64,000 nt of DNA, from positions 4,928,001 to 4,992,000 of the forward strand of contig OZ253564.1 of NCBI GenBank assembly GCA_965262915.1, given 5' to 3'. Below, piece after piece: positions 1-10,293 of the stretch. The stretch is from Candidatus Spongiisociaceae bacterium (lineage in GTDB: Bacteria; Actinomycetota; Acidimicrobiia; Spongiisociales; Spongiisociaceae). Position 1 is the stretch's first letter, and every line of letters begins with the position of its first letter. Under the pieces are notes generated by a model that worked only from the letters and a program-made list of their open reading frames with translations, was not told the origin of the DNA and ran no database searches. The translations under genes and the position numbers were made by a program.

Positions 1-5
1 GCCCC

Positions 6-108
6 ACACAGAAACAGCCCCAGCCAGGCGGCTGGGGCCGTCGGGCCGGGGCTACTCACCCCGGCGGGGTACCCCCCGATTATCCGACGCCGACCACCCG
101 ATTGTCAA
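6..108 (-). ncRNA. Candidate ~65-nt small RNA with its own sigma70-type promoter and intrinsic terminator, divergent from the NYN gene
   Basis: Minus strand: TTGACA (108-103), 18-nt spacer, GATAAT (84-79); hairpin GCCGGGG/CCCCGGC (45-65); 9-bp stem GCCCCAGCC/GGCTGGGGC (17-38) followed by TGTTTCTGTGT. Confidence 0.5.
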
Positions 109-126
109 GTACCTTCTCTCCTGACG

Positions 127-765
127 ATGAGCCAACAACGGGTGATCACCTACATCGACGGCTACAACCTGTACCACGGTCTGCTGGAAGCAGGTCTGCG
201 TTCCTCACGGTGGCTCGACCTCCCCAAGCTCGGCAGGTCGCTTCTGAAACCCGGCCAGCACCTGGTCCTGACCAGGTATTTCACGACCCGGGTGAAAGGT
301 GACCCGGCCAAGGCCCGCCGCCAGGCCCGCTACATCGATGCTCTCACAACCCGGGGAGGCATCGAGATCGACTTCGGCCACTTCTTATCCAAACGCGTCA
401 CCTGCCACAGCTGCGGACACACCTGGACCAAAAGCGAAGAGAAAAAGACCGACGTGAACATAGCGGTACGGATGCTCGAAGACACCTACGACGACCGCTT
501 CGACACAGCCATAGTCATCTCCGGTGACAGCGACCTCGCCACACCGGTCGAGACGATCCGAAAACGGTACCCCCACAAGCGGGTGCTAGTCGCGTTCCCA
601 CCGAAACGCTACTCCCACGAACTCCGCCGGGTCGCCGGCGTCACGTTCAGGATCTTCAACCGCAACATCCGAACAAGCCACCTACCAGCAACCGTCACCA
701 CCAACGGCGGGATCGCCCTCACAGCCCCACAAGGATGGCTGCCAACCCCCACGACCAACACGTAA
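127..765 (+). CDS. NYN domain (LabA/DUF88, PIN-like) putative ribonuclease
   Basis: YIDGYNLYHG, EEKKTDVNIA and ISGDSDL motifs; CxxC insert. Confidence 0.9.
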   Translation: MSQQRVITYIDGYNLYHGLLEAGLRSSRWLDLPKLGRSLLKPGQHLVLTRYFTTRVKGDPAKARRQARYIDALTTRGGIEIDFGHFLSKRVTCHSCGHTWTKSEEKKTDVNIAVRMLEDTYDDRFDTAIVISGDSDLATPVETIRKRYPHKRVLVAFPPKRYSHELRRVAGVTFRIFNRNIRTSHLPATVTTNGGIALTAPQGWLPTPTTNT

Positions 766-953
766 ACCAGGGAACACGTGGTTGCCTCCCCGATCAGGTG
801 GGTACCGAAGGGAAGTCACGGTGTTCCGAACCCTGGGGTCCGTCGCCCGCTCTCGAGGCCTTGAGGCCTCCTGTCCACACCGAACCTGCACTGTCATATA
901 CACAGACTGCTTGGATTTGTATATACCCGGGCTGCACCAGGTGGCCACTGGCC

Positions 954-2147
954 CTACCGCGGAGTGGGGGTGTACCTGCTGAGTTCGTAGCCTCCGGGTT
1001 GATCGGGAGGATCGGCAGGCGGCAGTGATGAGGCTGGCTGGGCGGGGGCAATGCTGAGACGCACGGCGGGTTCTTGCTCTCCTACGAGGTGGTCTATCAG
1101 GGTACGTGGGAGGCAGAGCGTGTTGGCGAGGTCGTCTCGAGGGATCCCGAGGCTTTCGGCTTGTTCTACGCATCGGCGGAGGAGGATGGGCTGTTCGGGG
1201 GGGCCGAGGGTTCCGGGTTCGTTGATTCGCCATGTGGTTCCGTCAGCGTTCTTGGCTGTGCTGAGCTTGATGAACGCCCGCCGGTAGCTGTGTTCGGATA
1301 TGGTGCCCAGGTTTTTTGCTCGCACGATCAGCGACTGTAGAGAAACCCCCCAATGCCGTTTTAGTCTGAACAGCATGTTCCAGTCGAGCGGTGATGCCAG
1401 ATATGGGGCTACCTCGTCGGCTGGTAGGAGGAAGGCAGACGCGAAGGCGTGGGCTTGCTGCTCGACGATCTGGCTTCCCGGCTCCGTGTCGTCGTGTGCT
1501 ACCAGATGACCGAATTCGTGGGCCGCGTCGTGGCGGGAACGGGCCTTGTCGCCTTTGTCGGAGTTCAACACGACAATGGGGCGGTCTTCGAGCACACAGG
1601 AGAACGCGTCGACCTTCTCGCACCCGACCGGTAACCTGACTACCACCGCGCCGAGGCTTTCCAGGTGTCGGGTCATGTTGCCTATTGGAGCCGACCCTAG
1701 GTTCAGAAGCCGCCGGCACTCGCCAGCGAGGTTCTCCATGTCGTCCCTTGACGCCCGTTCCGGTAGCACAGCCCTCGGGAAGGCTACTGGTGGGATGGAT
1801 AGATAGCTCTCCAAGAGGTTGGTGAGTTCCCAAGCGAAGACCGCATGTGTGAGCGCTCGGCGGCGGTCTCGTACAGGAGTCGAACGAAGGCTCCGGAAGT
1901 GCACCACGCTGCTGCTGGCAGCTGCCGTCGGCCGTCCCGGCACGAAGAACTCGCGTGGCATGCCCAACGCTATCGCGATCCTGGCTATCACACCACGGGT
2001 GGGTTGATAGGTTCCGTTCTCGTACTGCGATACCGCCGCGGGTGTCACCTCCGCCGCGACGGCCAGCTGCCTCCTGGTCCAGCCTTTGGCTTCGCGGGCC
2101 ATCCGAAGACGGTCCCGGTCAAAGGCTACAGCTCTTCTATTCCGCAT
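954..2147 (-). CDS. XRE-family HTH fused to ImmA/IrrE (DUF955) metallopeptidase
   Basis: N-terminal RLRMAREAKGWT..LA..VSQYENG HTH; HEFGH zinc motif; EQQAHAFASAFLLP. Confidence 0.9.
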   Translation of the reverse strand: MRNRRAVAFDRDRLRMAREAKGWTRRQLAVAAEVTPAAVSQYENGTYQPTRGVIARIAIALGMPREFFVPGRPTAAASSSVVHFRSLRSTPVRDRRRALTHAVFAWELTNLLESYLSIPPVAFPRAVLPERASRDDMENLAGECRRLLNLGSAPIGNMTRHLESLGAVVVRLPVGCEKVDAFSCVLEDRPIVVLNSDKGDKARSRHDAAHEFGHLVAHDDTEPGSQIVEQQAHAFASAFLLPADEVAPYLASPLDWNMLFRLKRHWGVSLQSLIVRAKNLGTISEHSYRRAFIKLSTAKNADGTTWRINEPGTLGPPEQPILLRRCVEQAESLGIPRDDLANTLCLPRTLIDHLVGEQEPAVRLSIAPAQPASSLPPADPPDQPGGYELSRYTPTPR

Positions 2148-2923
2148 TCCTGAGAGGGCTCAATCAAGATCCTGGGTTCGGATATCTGATCGTAGGACGG
2201 GCCGGACGGGCCACCGGGGCTTGGCGCCACCGAGACACCGCCTAGGGCGTCACCGTCTTCGCCGCATCCTCTCTCCGCGCAGAAGTCAGGGAGGCGAAGC
2301 GTGAAGAAATACCGCGAACCTGAGGTACGACCCCTAGGGGCTCCGACCCACATTCCGAGGAGGCCTTCCAACGGACCGCCGTAGTGAACGATGTACCACA
2401 CGGGAAGACCCAACCGTGCGGCATGCTCGCCGAGACCGATCCGGTCTCGGTCGAACAGAGACAACTGTTGAAACTTGTTTCTTGCTACATTCCGTCGTTT
2501 CGTGATCGACCCGGACCCCGGGTCGTAACCCTCGAGCTTGAACGAAGGGTCTGACCCGCCACGGTAAACCTTGATCTCCAGTCCCCCCGCTGTGGTGATC
2601 GTAAGGGAATTCCCCGGACGCGCAACGGTGACATCCGGGTGGCGCCCAGATAGTCGTTCCTCGATTCGCCACCACGAGTGCCGCCAGATGCTTAGACCAT
2701 GGAGGGTCCGATCGTCGCCTATTGCCTCGTCGTAGCGCTCACCGTTGGCCCGGTACACGTCGTCGAGGATGTGCTGCAGGTCATGCAGAAACCCCTCCGG
2801 GTCCTCAAGCCCCATCCCAGCACATACGTCCTCAAACGTCGGCCCGCTGCTAGTGATAGGATCCCCCTCCCTCTTCTTCTGCTCGACGGCTGGTACGAAC
2901 AGAACTATATCATACCCGCTCAT
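2126..2923 (-). CDS. Hypothetical protein overlapping the start of the XRE-ImmA gene
   Basis: 265-aa ORF overlapping the downstream gene by 22 nt; no family recognised. Confidence 0.65.
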   Translation of the reverse strand: MSGYDIVLFVPAVEQKKREGDPITSSGPTFEDVCAGMGLEDPEGFLHDLQHILDDVYRANGERYDEAIGDDRTLHGLSIWRHSWWRIEERLSGRHPDVTVARPGNSLTITTAGGLEIKVYRGGSDPSFKLEGYDPGSGSITKRRNVARNKFQQLSLFDRDRIGLGEHAARLGLPVWYIVHYGGPLEGLLGMWVGAPRGRTSGSRYFFTLRLPDFCAERGCGEDGDALGGVSVAPSPGGPSGPSYDQISEPRILIEPSQECGIEEL

Positions 2924-2986
2924 AACTCGGTAGTAAATGAAGCTAGTCCACCAGGTGGGCTTCCTGAACTGAAGGCGGTGGTCTCC

Positions 2987-3895
2987 TTACTCCGGGTAGC
3001 GACGGCCCGGGTCGTGCTCGGCGGTCAAGGCGGCTACCGCTTCTATACCCGGCCGTACGTACCGGTCGAGGCTGCGCAGGCTGCGGTGGCGGCTTTTGGC
3101 TTTCAGCAGCGGTGCACCTACTCCCCTCTCGCCTAGATGGGTGAGGGCGGAGTGGCGCAGCTGGTGCAGCGTCCAGCCCGACGCGTTGCGGAACAGCTTC
3201 CAGGCCTGCTGATACGACAGGCGTCCCCGCCCCGTGTCAGGACACACATCAGAAAGGGCCGGTGCCTGGTTGGGTCGGCGGTGGGTGACGAACACCGGTC
3301 CCCGCTGCCGGCCACCCAAATATCGGGGCAGGAGGCGGGCGGTTCCCGAAGCCCACACCACTTCTTGGCGGTGGCCGCCTTTGCCCCTCACCACAGCCCT
3401 CCTAGCCCCCAAGTCGAGGTCCTCAATGTTGAGGGCCAGTATCTCGTTCGCCCGGGCGGCGGTTTCGTACAGCATCCTCCACAGCGTCTTTTCCCGAACG
3501 TGGATATCCGCTCGGGTCCAGAGGGTGTGCAGCTGTTCGTAGCGGACCGGTGCGGTGTCGTCCCGTACCTGCGGGCGGCGTTCTATCCCCGCCAGCGGAT
3601 CCTCGGTTACCCAACCCTGCGCCTGTACCCAACGGCGGAACGACCCCACCGCCGCCAGACGACTGTTCCACGTCGCCGCCGCCGCGTTCCCCCATCGCTG
3701 CTCGAGGACCCCTCGCAGCCGTTCGGGAGTGGCATCGGCCAGAGCAGAACCGGCACCGAGGTCCGACACGACTGCCCCCAGACAGTACGCGTAGCTGCGT
3801 CGGGCGTTTGGGGACAGCGGTTTGGCGGCGAGGAACTGTTCGACAGCGCGGCCCAGAGACGGCACCCGATCCGGGAGAAGAACAACCTCAGCCAT
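2987..3895 (-). CDS. Tyrosine recombinase/integrase
   Basis: LYETAARANE (catalytic R), GKGG, HQLRH, SRHRSLRSLDRY (catalytic Y). Confidence 0.9.
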   Translation of the reverse strand: MAEVVLLPDRVPSLGRAVEQFLAAKPLSPNARRSYAYCLGAVVSDLGAGSALADATPERLRGVLEQRWGNAAAATWNSRLAAVGSFRRWVQAQGWVTEDPLAGIERRPQVRDDTAPVRYEQLHTLWTRADIHVREKTLWRMLYETAARANEILALNIEDLDLGARRAVVRGKGGHRQEVVWASGTARLLPRYLGGRQRGPVFVTHRRPNQAPALSDVCPDTGRGRLSYQQAWKLFRNASGWTLHQLRHSALTHLGERGVGAPLLKAKSRHRSLRSLDRYVRPGIEAVAALTAEHDPGRRYPE

Positions 3896-3908
3896 CCCAG
3901 GACCTTCC

Positions 3909-4016
3909 TTAGTAGAGATAACAGGCAGGGTTCACCGGAAGGGACGGTAACCGCTCCCCCAGCGTGTTCGGGGTTTCGTTCCGCTGTTAGTAGAGATTCC
4001 GCCAATATCTCCAGTA
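3909..4016. promoter_or_regulatory. Putative recombinase binding/resolution site
   Basis: TTAGTAGAGAT at 3909-3919 and 3987-3997; imperfect inverted copy ATCTCCAGTA at 4007-4016. Confidence 0.45.
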
Positions 4017-4408
4017 GCTGCTGGGACGCAGCCCGTAGCTGGCGGCCAAACGAGGTGGCAGCCTTCCGGAACGCCCCGGGTGATCGCCATCAGCGGGGGT
4101 TGAGCCTGTTCTGTGGTCCCAACGGTCGCTTCTGCCATCCACGTGATCGTTCTGCGAGACAGCGATCATGTGGACGCAACTGCTGCATACCAGATACGTC
4201 TACCTTTGGACCTGATCCGTCGGTACGCGCCCGGGACCAATCGCGGCTACCTAATAGGCCTTCTTCTCCCGCCTACCCGAATGCCCTCGAAACTCAACTC
4301 GGCGTGTATGCGGGGCGCCCCATAGATACCGCGCTCCGGAGTGGGGGTGTAGATCAGGTCCGCTTACAACGGAAGCGCCGCGAATCGTTAGGCGGGGATC
4401 CGACGCTG

Positions 4409-4909
4409 CTAGTCAACCCGGATTCGACGGAAGTCCCTCTGCCAGTAGAGGAGGGGTCGGGCGGGGTCGTAGCGGACGGCGTGCTCGGCGTGCCCGATGA
4501 AGATGGTGTGATCACCGGCCTCGACAAACTCAACCTTGCGGCACTCCAAGCTTGCGTACGATTGCTCCGGGAGGCACAGTCCCGCTCCTTCATATGTCGG
4601 GGGCCTCACCGCCAAGCCCGAGAACTTGTCGGTAGCCTTCGAGGCGAATCTCAGCGCCACCTGACCCGTTCCCTCCCGAAGCATGTTGACAGTGAACCCC
4701 TCGGCGGCTCGCAACGCCTTGATGCTCTGGGATGCATGGTCGATGCAGATCAGTACAAGAGGGGGATCGAGCGAGACCGATGTGAATGCCGAAACGGTAA
4801 GGCCATGATGCCACCCCTGGGTGTGGCCGGTTACCACGGTAACGGAGGCTGCGAAGTTGGACATGATGTCGCGGAAAACATCCTGAAGGGGCGGCAGGCC
4901 TTGGGTCAC
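4409..4909 (-). CDS. Flavin reductase family protein
   Basis: FRDIMSNFAASVTVVT, GLTVSAFTSVSLDPPLVL and AGDHTIFIG; GTG start after AAGAAAGG RBS. Confidence 0.88.
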   Translation of the reverse strand: MTQGLPPLQDVFRDIMSNFAASVTVVTGHTQGWHHGLTVSAFTSVSLDPPLVLICIDHASQSIKALRAAEGFTVNMLREGTGQVALRFASKATDKFSGLAVRPPTYEGAGLCLPEQSYASLECRKVEFVEAGDHTIFIGHAEHAVRYDPARPLLYWQRDFRRIRVD

Positions 4910-5354
4910 GCGGAGTCCTTTCTTCGGCAGCTTCCCAGCGACTTGAAGTATCCCCGCGCCCCGACCACCGTGCCCAACGAGACGAACATGCCATACGCCG
5001 CGCCGTCTCGCACCGCCCGAGAATTCGGTCTCGTCCCATGATCCGGCCACGGTCGCCGCGCTGAACACCATAGCATCCGGTGCCCAACAGGCAGGGACAC
5101 CTGGCCCTGGCAACCCTGTCCATATTCGAGATGCTGAACGTAACCACCGATCCCACCCTTCCCGCGCGGCGGCATGGACCAATCGGGGGGGTAGGGGACC
5201 CTCTGCCAAGACCAGGGGCCTCAAGTCCGCCAACTCTCTGGTACTGAGGCTCAATACTGGCAGCCCTCGGTGCGGTTCCCGCGGCTGTGCAGCTGCCACC
5301 CATCATGGACAACTGGCTAGATTCGGTGTGGACGACTCGCGAAGAGAGGGAACC

Positions 5355-6380
5355 ATGGCTCTGGGATTCGACGCTGTATGCGCGCGGGAACTCGAACTTT
5401 GTGGGATCCGCGAAGACGATTCGGTGGCGATACTCACTGCTGGGAGCCGTGAAGTTCACGCAGCTGCGATGTTCGCCGCAGCCGAGGCGCTGGGAGCATT
5501 CGCCTATGAGGTTCGCGTCTCGCCCCGGCGACCGGGGGGGATGGACACGGGCACATACGGTACAACGCCGCTGGCCGGCAACAGGGCCGCTATCCAATCT
5601 CTCAAGGAGGCCGATCTGGTGATCGACCTCATCGGGCTGCTGTTCTCTCCCGAGCAGGAGGAGATACTGGAGTCCGGTACCCGGATGGTGCTTGCCATGG
5701 AGTCCATACCCATCCTGACTCGGCTGTTCCCGTCAAAGGATCTCCGTCGTCGGGTGGAGGCCGGGGCACGCGTGATGGGTGAAGCTGCTTCGATCCGACT
5801 CACCAACCCCGAAGGCACGGAAGTGACCTACGACGTCGGGACGATGTCGATCCTGACCGAGTACGGCTACAGCGATCAACCGGGCCGCTGGGATCACTGG
5901 CCGTCGGGTTTCGTAGCAACCGCTCCTGACGAGGGAGGGGTCAATGGACGCATCGTGCTGACCCCGGGAGACATCGTGTGTGAGTTCAGACGCTATCTCC
6001 AGACACCGGTCGACATGCGGGTCGAAGAGGGGAGAATCGTCGACATCAGCGGGGGCATCGACGCGGATCTGATGCGCGATTACATCGAGGGGTTCTCCGA
6101 TGACGACGCCTATGCCATCGCCCACGTGGGGTGGGGTCTGAACGAGCGAGCCCGTTGGTCCGCACTGCTCACCGAGCCCCGAAGCCAGGGCATGGAAGCC
6201 AGATCGTTTTACGGCAACGTGCTGATCTCTACGGGCCCGAACACCGAGTTCGGCGGGACGAATAGTTCGGAGTGTCACCTAGATATTCCGATGCACGGTT
6301 GCACGCTGTACCTCGATGACGATCCGGTCGTGGTCGACGGTGCGGTCGCCGTTGACGAGATGAAGGCCTCCGGCCGCTGA
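5355..6380 (+). CDS. nicX: 2,5-dihydroxypyridine 5,6-dioxygenase-like protein (NicX family, M29 peptidase-like fold)
   Basis: TEYGYSDQPGRWDHWPSGF, HVGWGL, ARSFYGNVLISTGPNTE and CHLDIP closely match Pseudomonas NicX as I recall it. Confidence 0.8.
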   Translation: MALGFDAVCARELELCGIREDDSVAILTAGSREVHAAAMFAAAEALGAFAYEVRVSPRRPGGMDTGTYGTTPLAGNRAAIQSLKEADLVIDLIGLLFSPEQEEILESGTRMVLAMESIPILTRLFPSKDLRRRVEAGARVMGEAASIRLTNPEGTEVTYDVGTMSILTEYGYSDQPGRWDHWPSGFVATAPDEGGVNGRIVLTPGDIVCEFRRYLQTPVDMRVEEGRIVDISGGIDADLMRDYIEGFSDDDAYAIAHVGWGLNERARWSALLTEPRSQGMEARSFYGNVLISTGPNTEFGGTNSSECHLDIPMHGCTLYLDDDPVVVDGAVAVDEMKASGR

Positions 6381-6441
6381 CCCACGCGACCAGATTCGGC
6401 CCTCGCCCCGCCGCGATCGCATTCGCGTTGCAGGGGAGCCG

Positions 6442-7229
6442 TCAGATCACCATGGTTGCAGACCGAGATAGGACTGCGTAGATAACGCTGTGAGCTGTCA
6501 CTACCGATATCTTGGCGTTCTCAGCTGCCGCCGGGCCTACTGCCTCGACCCGTATGCTGCCAGCCGGGCCCGAGGCTTCAAGCAAGCCGGCATTGTCGGT
6601 TCGATCCGGGTCGGCTACAAGGTGCACTTCGGTTTCGTCGAAGCCCTTCCCGGCGAGCGCGACAGTGGCTGCGATATTGGCGTTACGTGGATAGAGGAGC
6701 GCAGCCTTGCGAGCCGAGCCGCGAAACAGCACGGTCCGCTTCCGAAGAAGGGCGAGATCAACCAGGCTTTCGGCCGGTGTACCCTGCCACGCATGCGGTG
6801 GCTTCGTCGATGGTCGAGGCCTCCCTGACGCAGTGCGGTAAGTCCGTCGATTCCTGCGATCGCTCCGGCAGGCAGGATGAGCTTGGCGCGACCTCGACGG
6901 GCCGCCTCGTTCAGACCACGGCGCTCGGCATCGTCGGCGAGAACACCGGTCGAGATGACCAGAAACTCGATGCCCTGGGCGAGCAGTGGCCGCCCATAGG
7001 ATCGAACCGCGCCGTGTCCGGCGCACTCCGCCACGATGTCGGGGCCTGTCTGCGCGAGGTCGCCGGGCGACGACACCACGTCGAGGCCGGGCGGCAACTC
7101 TTGTCGCATACGAGCTTCCGTCCCGGACTTCACTGCCACGGCAACGATCGAGACTTCGTCGGATCGGGCCAACTCCGAGACGACGATCCGCCCTATCGCT
7201 CCATATCCGACGATCGCGACCCGTGTCAC
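6442..7229 (-). pseudogene. L-aspartate dehydrogenase (NadX-like), frameshifted by a small deletion near 6810
   Basis: GYGAIG Rossmann motif and GAIAGIDGL in one frame; KPPHAWQGTPAE..YPRNANIAATVALAG in another. Confidence 0.8.
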
Positions 7230-7340
7230 CGGCGAACGGGCGTCCTTCCTTGGATATTCGAACAGGCCCTACAGCGGGTGCGTTCCATCTTCTCTACGCC
7301 GGCCTCGTGAGCCTTGGTGTCGGTCGAATAGAGTCTGCCC

Positions 7341-8754
7341 ATGGATGTCGACGTTTGTGGCAAATCCGCACTCGAACTCCTTGATGCATACACCCGTCGC
7401 ATTGTCTCTCCCGTGGAGGTCGTCGACGCCATCTTCGAGCGGATCGATACGCTCAATCCGTCGCTCAATGCCTTCGTTACGCTAGCCCGGGATGATGCCA
7501 GAGCTGATGCCCTTCGTGTCGAGGACGCGCTGGAAGCAAACGAAGGACCCCCTCGTCCCTTGCTGGGGATTCCGATCTCCATCAAGGACCTCACCCCTAC
7601 CCGCGGTTTGCGCACGACGTTCGGGTCCCTACTCTCGAAGGACTGGGTTCCTGGTACAGATTCGGTCGTCGTGGAGCGCCTTCGGGCGGCCGGGGCCATC
7701 ATCCTCGGAAAGACGAACACCTCCGAGTTCGGCTGGAAGGGAGAGGCCGGCAATCGGCTGATCGGCCCGACGCGTAATCCGTGGGGACTGTCGCGGACAT
7801 CCGGAGGGTCGAGTGGCGGATCGGCCGCTGCAGTTGCCGCCGGCATGGGGCCGGTCGCCCACGGGACGGATGGGGCTGGATCAGTCAGGATCCCCGCAGC
7901 GTTTTGCGGCGTGTTCGGCATGAAGCCGTCATTCGGCGTCCGTGCCCTACCACCCGGCCAGCCCGGTCGGTACATTGGCCCACACGGGCGCTCTGAGCCG
8001 AACTGTGGCCGACGCCCGCCTCCTGCTCTCGGTGATGTCGGGTGGGGACCCTCGGGACCGCTTCTCGATCGACCAACGTATCCCGGCAGAATCCTCGTCC
8101 ACGGAAGGTCTGGCTGCTAGCAGGGTGGCCTGGAGCGTCGATCTCGGCCATGCTCCCGTCGAGACCGAGGTTGTCGAGATAACCTCACGCGCCGTCGCCG
8201 CGTTCGAAGAACTCGGCTGTGATGTGGTAGAGGCACAACCCGACTTCGGAGATCCCTACGACGCGTTGGAATCGATCTGGGCCGCTGCCCACGCCGGCGC
8301 CCATCGTGACGACCTTGATGAGGTCAGGGAACTGATCGACCCCGGCCGCTTGGCCGTCATAGAGAGAGGGCGCGCTCTCGGCGCTCAAGACGTCGGCAGG
8401 GCACACATAGATCTGTCACGATTCGCGTCCGACGTTCTCGCGTTCATGGAGCCGTTCGATCTCCTGGTGACGCCGACACTTCCGCTGGCGGCTTTCGAGG
8501 CCGGCGCCGACCAGCCGGGATCGGTTGCCGGCAAAGAGACAGAGTATCTCAGTTGGACGCCGTTCACGTATCCTTTCAACATCACGGGACAGCCCGCCGC
8601 TACGGTGCCGTGTGGCTTCGATTCACAAGGACTTCCGGTTGGGCTGCAGATCGTGGGGAGGTGGCGGGACGATGAGACGGTCCTTCGAGCCGCCGCGGCG
8701 TTCGAGAGTATTCGCCCCTGGCCCCGGCTCGCACCGCTATCTACAACGCGATAG
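7341..8754 (+). pseudogene. Amidase signature family protein (GatA-like), +1 frameshift near 7941
   Basis: GIPISIKD, GGSSGGS, GTDGAGSVRIPA, KPSFG, then continues in the 7942 frame to PFNITGQPA..GLPVGLQ. Confidence 0.85.
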
Positions 8755-8874
8755 CAAAGAACTCTCCAGACCCAGGAGAGTGCTGAGCAATCCATCCGCG
8801 GTCCGTTGGTCGATGACAGAATACCGGGTCGTCGAACGGCGGACCGTCAGCAATCGTCATTGTTCAGCATTCTC

Positions 8875-9425
8875 CTACAGGCTTCTCAGGAAGTCTCTCG
8901 TGGTTCGGATCACTTCGGTCGGTCGTTCTACGGTCAGACCGTGGCTCGAGCCCTCCCCCACGAGCATCGAGAACCGACAGCCTGCGATCCTGCCATGGAT
9001 CTCGCGAGCGTAGGACGGAGGAATGAACGTGTCGTCTTCGCCTGCAATGACGAGCGCATCGCATCGTACCTTGTCCAGCCGATTCCGAACATCGTGGGCG
9101 ATCGCTGCTTCGAAATGAGCGACGATCGCTCGTCGGGATGGGTAGGAGGGCGACGACAGCATCTCGTCGATCTCCGGGGCGAGCCCCGCTTTCGCTCGAA
9201 GAAACGAATCCGAGAACACCAGATCGGCTACTCGCCGCTCGAGCCGCCTGATGGAACCGGTGGCGGCTTCGTTCCTGAGGCCGCTAAAGACCCGGCGCAG
9301 TGCATCATCCGTCGTGGCCCAAGGCGTCACCAGCACCAGCGATGTCACCACGTCCGGTTTGTGGAGAGCAAGTTCCAACCCCACGGCGGCACCCATCGAG
9401 ACGCCGATGACATGGACGGACGCCG
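8875..9425 (-). pseudogene. Alpha/beta hydrolase, N-terminally truncated
   Basis: HVIGVSMGAAV nucleophile elbow, GEDD and SH motifs; no N-terminal half. Confidence 0.7.
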
Positions 9426-10267
9426 CACAGCGGCCCCACGGGCAAGTGTCGAACGACGGTGATCGCAATATCGTCGATGCAGTCGATTACCTGATCTCGG
9501 GGGTTGGCCGAGGCATCGGCGCCGTGGGGATCCAGGACGAGCGGATCTTCGCCGCGCGCGACTTCAAGAAGGGCGACGACCGGCCCGGTGGCTACAAGGC
9601 GACGGGCGGACACGGAGGGATTCTCGGCACCGTCGGTCCCCCGGTCACCCTGTGGTACCGGCCCGCCTACCGCCACACCACGCAGTCCGCCGTGACACTC
9701 GACCGGCTTCCTCAGACCGTGGCATTTCAGGAATACGCCGATGGGCCCGGCGAGGCCGGCATCAAGATCAAGGATCGATCCGGATCGCTGCTGGGGCAGG
9801 CGGCGCCTCGAGTGACCATCGTCAAGTACGGAGCGTTCATGGACGAGTCGGAGATCCTGGATCCGGACCTCGAGGTCGGCATCATGGCGAGGATCACAGC
9901 TTCGGTCGAGGAGCAGGCGAACGGCGACGGTCCCCACTTCCAGGGCTTCGTGCTCGAGGGCGACAGCCCATATGCGATGGGGAGCGGGAGTCAGGCTGCC
10001 GCACTGGAGGTAGGTACGTTCAGCGGCATGCCGGTCGTGCGAGTGGGGCGGGCCGATCCAGGCGGCCTCGTGCCGAGATTGTGGAGTGATCACACGATCC
10101 TCGGGAACAACCTGGATGCGAACAAGGCGCGGATGCTGCTGTCCGCAGCGATGTTGCGCCTTGGGCGGTTGCCGAAAGCTCGCGACCCGCGCAATCCGAC
10201 ACCGGCCGAACGCGAAGTGGTGACCCGGCGTATCGCGGAATATCAAAGGGTTTTCGACGAACACTAA
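9420..10267 (+). pseudogene. Asparaginase-domain-like protein, C-terminal part only
   Basis: AQRPHGQVSNDGDRNIVDAV..., GFVLEG and GNNLDANKARMLL; no start or N-terminal domain. Confidence 0.55.
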
Positions 10268-10293
10268 CGATAGCTTGAAGGGGAGGAGGTCTG

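Noticed and set aside
3137-5041. 634-aa plus-strand ORF
   Set aside because: Antisense shadow of the recombinase and flavin reductase genes; no motifs; typical of high-GC DNA.
4910-5299. N-terminal extension of the flavin reductase ORF
   Set aside because: A good RBS and GTG at 4909 mark the real start. The upstream part may be a broken small gene but I cannot assign it.
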